A stretch of DNA of 63,991 nt, filler included, from Octopus bimaculoides (Eukaryota), in the NCBI RefSeq assembly GCF_001194135.2. It is 6 parts of 6 records of this genome, joined end to end, with 100 filler letters (N's around TTAATTAATTAA, not from the genome) between each part and the next. Parts side by side here need not be neighbours in the genome. Positions count along the whole stretch, not along the records: positions 44,952 to 62,012 come from NC_068996.1; positions 62,113 to 63,991 come from NW_026408150.1; 4 more parts are not named here. One strand, written 5' to 3'. The translations under genes were made by a program, and so were the position numbers. Below, one piece after another: positions 59,979-63,991 of this stretch (within the stretch, counting starts at the first letter, position 1; each line of letters starts with the position of its first letter). Under the pieces are notes generated by a model. The model was not told where the DNA came from. It worked only from the letters and a program-made list of their open reading frames with translations, and searched no databases.

Positions 59979-61219
59979 TCCTTAGTTTTTCTCAACCTTT
60001 ATTGACCTGCGACTATAGTTTAAACTGCCAACTGACAATATTCATGCAGTTGGACTGAACCTCTAACCACTGCATGGCAACTTGGGTACGTATCTTCTTT
60101 GATAACCCCAAGCCAACTAGAGTCTTGTGAGTGAATTTGATAAATAGAAACTGAAAGAAGTCCATCATACACACACATATATGTATGTAATTGTGTGTGC
60201 ATGTTTGTGTTTCCTTGTCTTGACATGGTGTAATAATTGCGAATGAGTGTTACTATCATTCAAGCAGCATTACTTCTTTCTAGTATTCTGCAAAAAAAGC
60301 CATCTCTAGCCTTGCTTAGGAAAAGGTGAAGGTAGATGACAGGAAGGGCATCCAGCTGTAGACAATATGCCTCACTAAACTTCATCTGACCCATAAAACA
60401 AATAAAGGGATAAAAATATTGATGTTACATTTATTGTCCAGTTACAGTCATTTCAGTAACAGGAGTAGGGTAAGTAAATCATTCAACATGCTGGAACCCA
60501 TAGAAACAATGGTTATTTAACTGTATGCCCGTGTGTGTGTGTGCTCAACCTATGCTGGTGTGGAAAATGGATGTTAAATAATAATGATGATGATGATATA
60601 TGTATGATGCATGCATATACATACATATAGAGAAATCACACTCATATATGCATTTACAATTATATTTGTTTTTCATTGCAGACAACAAAATGAAGATTTG
60701 AAACGAGAAATCCTCAAAGCTGAGCGAGATTTTCGTGCACAGGTGACGCTTGATATATACATATATGTGGGTGTGTATGAATGCATGTGTGTGTGTATAC
60801 ATGTGCTAATACATATGAAGACGCATAACAGATAAATATTTATATATCATGTTCCACTCTCCAAAATGTATATAAAAGATTTGAGATTGTTTCAATTTTA
60901 TCAAAATTTCTGTAGCATTTTGAAATAATATTGTTAAACCAATTTTGTTTCCTTAAAAATACAAAGTCATACAAATATATTCCTACATTGTTAAATGCCA
61001 ACAACAAATACATAAAACATATAGATTGCGAAAAATAAATGGCACATAAAATATAGATACATAGAAGAAGCAAGGAATTGGAATGTTTTCTATGTTCTAA
61101 GATCAAAATCTGCCAAATTGCAATTGGTGGACTATGGTTGATAATCATTATTATTATGGTTATGTTATTTTCTTTCTTTGCAGATTGCAGCAAATGAAAA
61201 GAAAGCTCATGAGAATTGG
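45889..61219 (+). CDS. MIA3: TANGO1/cTAGE5 (MIA3/MIA2) family ER-exit-site protein, cytoplasmic coiled-coil region; partial
   Basis: Seven phase-compatible exons (45889-45958, 47383-47435, 49087-49177, 52337-52463, 53610-53711, 60682-60742, 61184-61219). They include QKIQQMLDVS and end in [22 protein letters not shown], matching remembered human TANGO1 NQIKQMMDVS and [23 protein letters not shown]. Confidence 0.9.
46400..47290. repeat. Degenerate hexamer-like array (CTTAAT/CCTAAT/CCTAAC), very G-poor on +
   Basis: Recurring CTTAAT, CTAATC and TTAACC words over about 900 bp. Confidence 0.7.
47383..47435 (+). CDS. MIA3: TANGO1-like exon
   Basis: tttcag|GTGATCAC...TCTGAG|gtgagt; GDHNLVQQKIQQMLDVSE. 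Confidence 0.88.
47677..48216. repeat. Long inverted repeat: 208-bp arms, 124-bp spacer
   Basis: 47677-47884 is the reverse complement of 48009-48216; I count 4 mismatches. Confidence 0.95.
49087..49177 (+). CDS. MIA3: TANGO1-like exon
   Basis: tggcag|ATGAAT...CTTGAAG|gtgagt; MNAMLKQSDDERDQLKHRLEIEAESRVELE. Confidence 0.88.
50330..51170 (+). mobile_element. Decayed RTE LINE ORF2 fragment (endonuclease end to RT start)
   Basis: SQIDYIL, VKTFPGEE..PQHRLVISDF, WKYHYERLLNVEN.WEKESLP, KAIKDMK; stops and indels. Confidence 0.88.
52337..52463 (+). CDS. MIA3: TANGO1-like exon
   Basis: tttcag|ATAAAATT...TTTCAAAG|gtgggt; DKIATLERDIETIQADKAKVVRQNHELTVLTSYLKEKELQFQR. Confidence 0.88.
53610..53711 (+). 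CDS. MIA3: TANGO1-like exon
   Basis: ttccag|AGCTTTG...TACAT|gtaagt; ALGEQEVLKNQNITKLGSAEERVKTIEDELSNY. Confidence 0.88.
60682..60742 (+). CDS. MIA3: TANGO1-like exon
   Basis: ttgcag|ACAACAA...GCACAG|gtgacg; [20 protein letters not shown]. Confidence 0.88.
61184..61219 (+). CDS. MIA3: TANGO1-like exon (36 nt)
   Basis: tctttgcag|ATTGCA...AATTGG|gtaatg; [12 protein letters not shown]. Confidence 0.92.
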
Positions 61220-61249
61220 GTAATGTATTATTATTTTTATTATTATTAT

Positions 61250-61810
61250 TGAGTGAGAGAGTAGTGCATGCCATCAAAATGACACTGGGGTAAAATATAC
61301 GAAACCCATTCTACCCATCATGACTAGCCATCTGACAAGGGTACACTAGGCACATGCATCACAACCACATGTGCGCAACATGGTGATCTCATATAAAGAT
61401 AAACAGCACATGACCTTGCAGGTGGGGACCAGTTAAACTTTTCTTCAGGTCGTGTAGCCCATCCTGCTCAAAAGGTCCCTGAGTAAGGGTTGTTGAAGGG
61501 TGTTGAGTGAAACACTCATGTTTCCAGAGGTGAATTATTCAAACCCCAAAGAATTCCTCTCAACACATGGCTATGATGCTCCCCCACTACTTCTGCTTGT
61601 GATCAGAGATGCTCATATCATCAGCCACTAAGGGACATACTCTAAGGGACTGGTTATGGTCAAACAATTGACCAGCAAAACTATGGTATTGAGCAGAGTA
61701 TTTGCTGCAGCTCATCTTTTATACCAAGACAAAACAATGTACATGATAACACTTCCAATCAGTTAAGAACAGAAGCCATGAGAGCCACCACCTGGTGCTG
61801 CATAGGGGTA
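61250..61810 (-). mobile_element. Interspersed retroposon-like repeat ending in (AAT)n
   Basis: Shares about 240 bp with 30700-30940; starts from an (ATT)n tract on +. Confidence 0.6.
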
Positions 61811-61821
61811 TTTATTATTAT

Positions 61822-62012
61822 TGACAGGTGCGAAAATTAACGCGGAAAAGTCAATGGGCTTGCAACTAGGCACCTGGAGGGGCAAGTCCATGCCGTCCAA
61901 CAGCGTCGTAGGGCGCTGGACAGAAGGACCCATTAAACTGCTCGGGGTCTGGTTCGGTCCGGACCTCCAGTTGGAGAAAAACTGGGAAGAAGTGACGAAC
62001 AGGGTGGCCAAC
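61822..62012 (+). mobile_element. L1/Tx1-clade LINE RT C-terminal fragment
   Basis: TGAKINAEKSMGLQLGTWR...PIKLLGVWFG...NWEEV, uninterrupted; cut by the linker. Confidence 0.75.
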
Positions 62013-62112
62013 NNNNNNNNNNNNNNNNNNNNNNNNNNNNNNNNNNNNNNNNNNNNTTAATTAATTAANNNNNNNNNNNNNNNNNNNNNNNNNNNNNNNN
62101 NNNNNNNNNNNN
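62013..62112. other. Artificial contig spacer
   Basis: N44-TTAATTAATTAA-N44. Confidence 0.95.
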
Positions 62113-62146
62113 TATACATATATATACATGTATGTATGCATATACA

Positions 62147-62295
62147 TACGAGTGGTGCTGAAAAGTTCTTGACTTTGGGTAAAAGAGAATACAGAAGGAT
62201 GAATTAAAGATGGTTTTATTCAACATATTCCCTCCTCGGTTTACACACTTAGTGCAGCGACCCTTCAGTTTTTTCAATCCCTGTAAAAGACACCT
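62147..62295 (-). mobile_element. mariner 3' end (transposase C-terminus and TIR)
   Basis: LKKLKGRCTKCV..G-like peptide then TIR read on + as TACGAGTGGTGCTGAAAAGTTC. Confidence 0.7.
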
Positions 62296-62319
62296 TTAAT
62301 GCGAGGAAATTTCCAGCAC

Positions 62320-62472
62320 CGCTCCCCCCACACACAAACACACACACACGTACACACACGAACACACACACACACAAATACACACACACACATACATACA
62401 CACACACAGATATTGAAATATTTTACTCTCAAACGCATAATAATAATAATAATGATAATAATAATAATAATG

Positions 62473-62513
<41 letters not shown>

Positions 62514-62525
62514 CATAATAATATG
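62320..62525. repeat. (CA)n and (AAT)n microsatellites
   Basis: Visible directly. Confidence 0.95.
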
Positions 62526-63574
62526 CGTTTGAGAGCAAAATATTTCCATATCTGTGTATGTCAATACATCTCAACGCTTCTAAAACAAGCAACCTCTGTT
62601 TACATACATCGTATATATNNNNNNNNNNNNNNNNNNNNNNNNNNNNNNNNNNNNNNNNNNNNNNNNNNNNNNNNNNNNNNNNNNNNNNNNNNNNNNNNNN
62701 NNNNNNNNNNNNNNNNNNNNNNNNNNNNNNNNNNNNNNNNNNNNNNNNNNNNNNNNNNNNNNNNNNNNNNNNNNNNNNNNNNNNNNNNNNNNNNNNNNNN
62801 NNNNNTTGTGGAAAAAACGGAAAAAACAAATGTATGTTTTCTCATAAAGTTACTGAAATAATTTTCAAAGTGATGTTACTGGGAAAAATGTATGATTCTC
62901 TCCATATAACTGCATTATCATAACATATGTAATAATAAATTATGAAACCATAAATTTATCATAAATTAACCACGCTATAGGTTTACCGCATCTTAGCTTT
63001 ATTTTCTCTCACGTCAACTGCACATTTGTTTATATTTTGATCAGCTGAATTGTCATGTCGGATGTTGAACACATATTTCTAGTTGCGATGTTTATATCTA
63101 GCCGAAATTGGCCAGTAGGATGGCACAAAATCGCTATGAGTTTCTAGGCCTCCACTCATTGCAAATGACGAATAAGCGAATGAAATTTTGATAAAATTCC
63201 ATTAATATTTCTAGGTAAATATTTTTTTCGTGTAGATAAGGCAAAATAAAATGTATGTTTCTTAAATGTAACAGTTATGAGATAATATAAAATATATATT
63301 AGCTGTGTATAATTTAAACTGGAGAAAAGGTGCAATTACATGCTGTAACCATCTCACATAACTATCAAGAAGCTTTCATTATATAGTTTCCGTTAATGGA
63401 CTGTAAAAATTTGGCCTTCTATCAAAATTTTAGGAATAACTATTATTGTGCCGAGCGAACTTGCATAATAGCCCTCGATACTCGGGCTCCTATACCCAAC
63501 TCCTTTACATTCCTTTCCCGTCTAGTGATCGACTAACATTTTCCACAAAATTTCAGGCCTTGTCGTTATAGCAG

Positions 63575-63605
<31 letters not shown>

Positions 63606-63945
63606 GTTTGAATTTTGCTTTGTATTTGTACAAGTTGAACCCAAGTCTAACCCAGAGACCCAAGATACAAGAAGTTAGAAGTTCAAGTTGGTGTTATGAC
63701 TAGGATGCCATATATTCGGACTAGCACAAAGTGTTGTTTTAGAGAATGTTTAAGAAAACATAAAAATTATAAGTTTATTTTAAAATGTGAGATTATATAG
63801 ACAGTATTTTACGTAGGATATGGGCAGTTACCATGGGCATTATTTTTTGAATTTCTGCCATTTTTTGATTTTCTGGTATTTGAGCTAGGTAAGAATCAGC
63901 CCCTTTTGCCATCAATCCTAGGGCACCTATTATTATTATTATGAA

Positions 63946-63976
<31 letters not shown>

Positions 63977-63991
63977 GTTCAGTAGTTTTAT

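Overview
AT-rich, microsatellite- and repeat-dense animal genomic DNA. The SINE/RTE repeat families look like those I recall from octopus; this is inferred from repeat content, not a search. Five identical 100-bp spacers (N44-TTAATTAATTAA-N44) cut the window into six segments that behave like unrelated contigs. Three partial + strand genes can be rebuilt from phase-consistent GT-AG exons: the 3' end of a vWF/mucin/SCO-spondin-like gene (TIL-VWC-CTCK, 14736-19885), four kinase-domain exons of a CaMKK (24859-29553, with a 22-nt microexon), and seven coiled-coil exons of a TANGO1/cTAGE5 (MIA3/MIA2) homologue (45889-61219). The rest is mostly decayed transposons: a near full-length Chapaev3-like transposase, Tc1/mariner, maT and pogo remnants, RTE, Tx1 and CR1-group LINE pieces, and several SINE families. 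Top second-look items are a 208-bp, about 98% perfect RTE-derived inverted repeat in a TANGO1 intron, a CpG-decayed BCL9/legless-like coding fossil, and a tRNA-Glu-headed element sharing the RTE 3' tail. I found no well-supported novel multi-gene system. Family names come from remembered motifs, not database searches.
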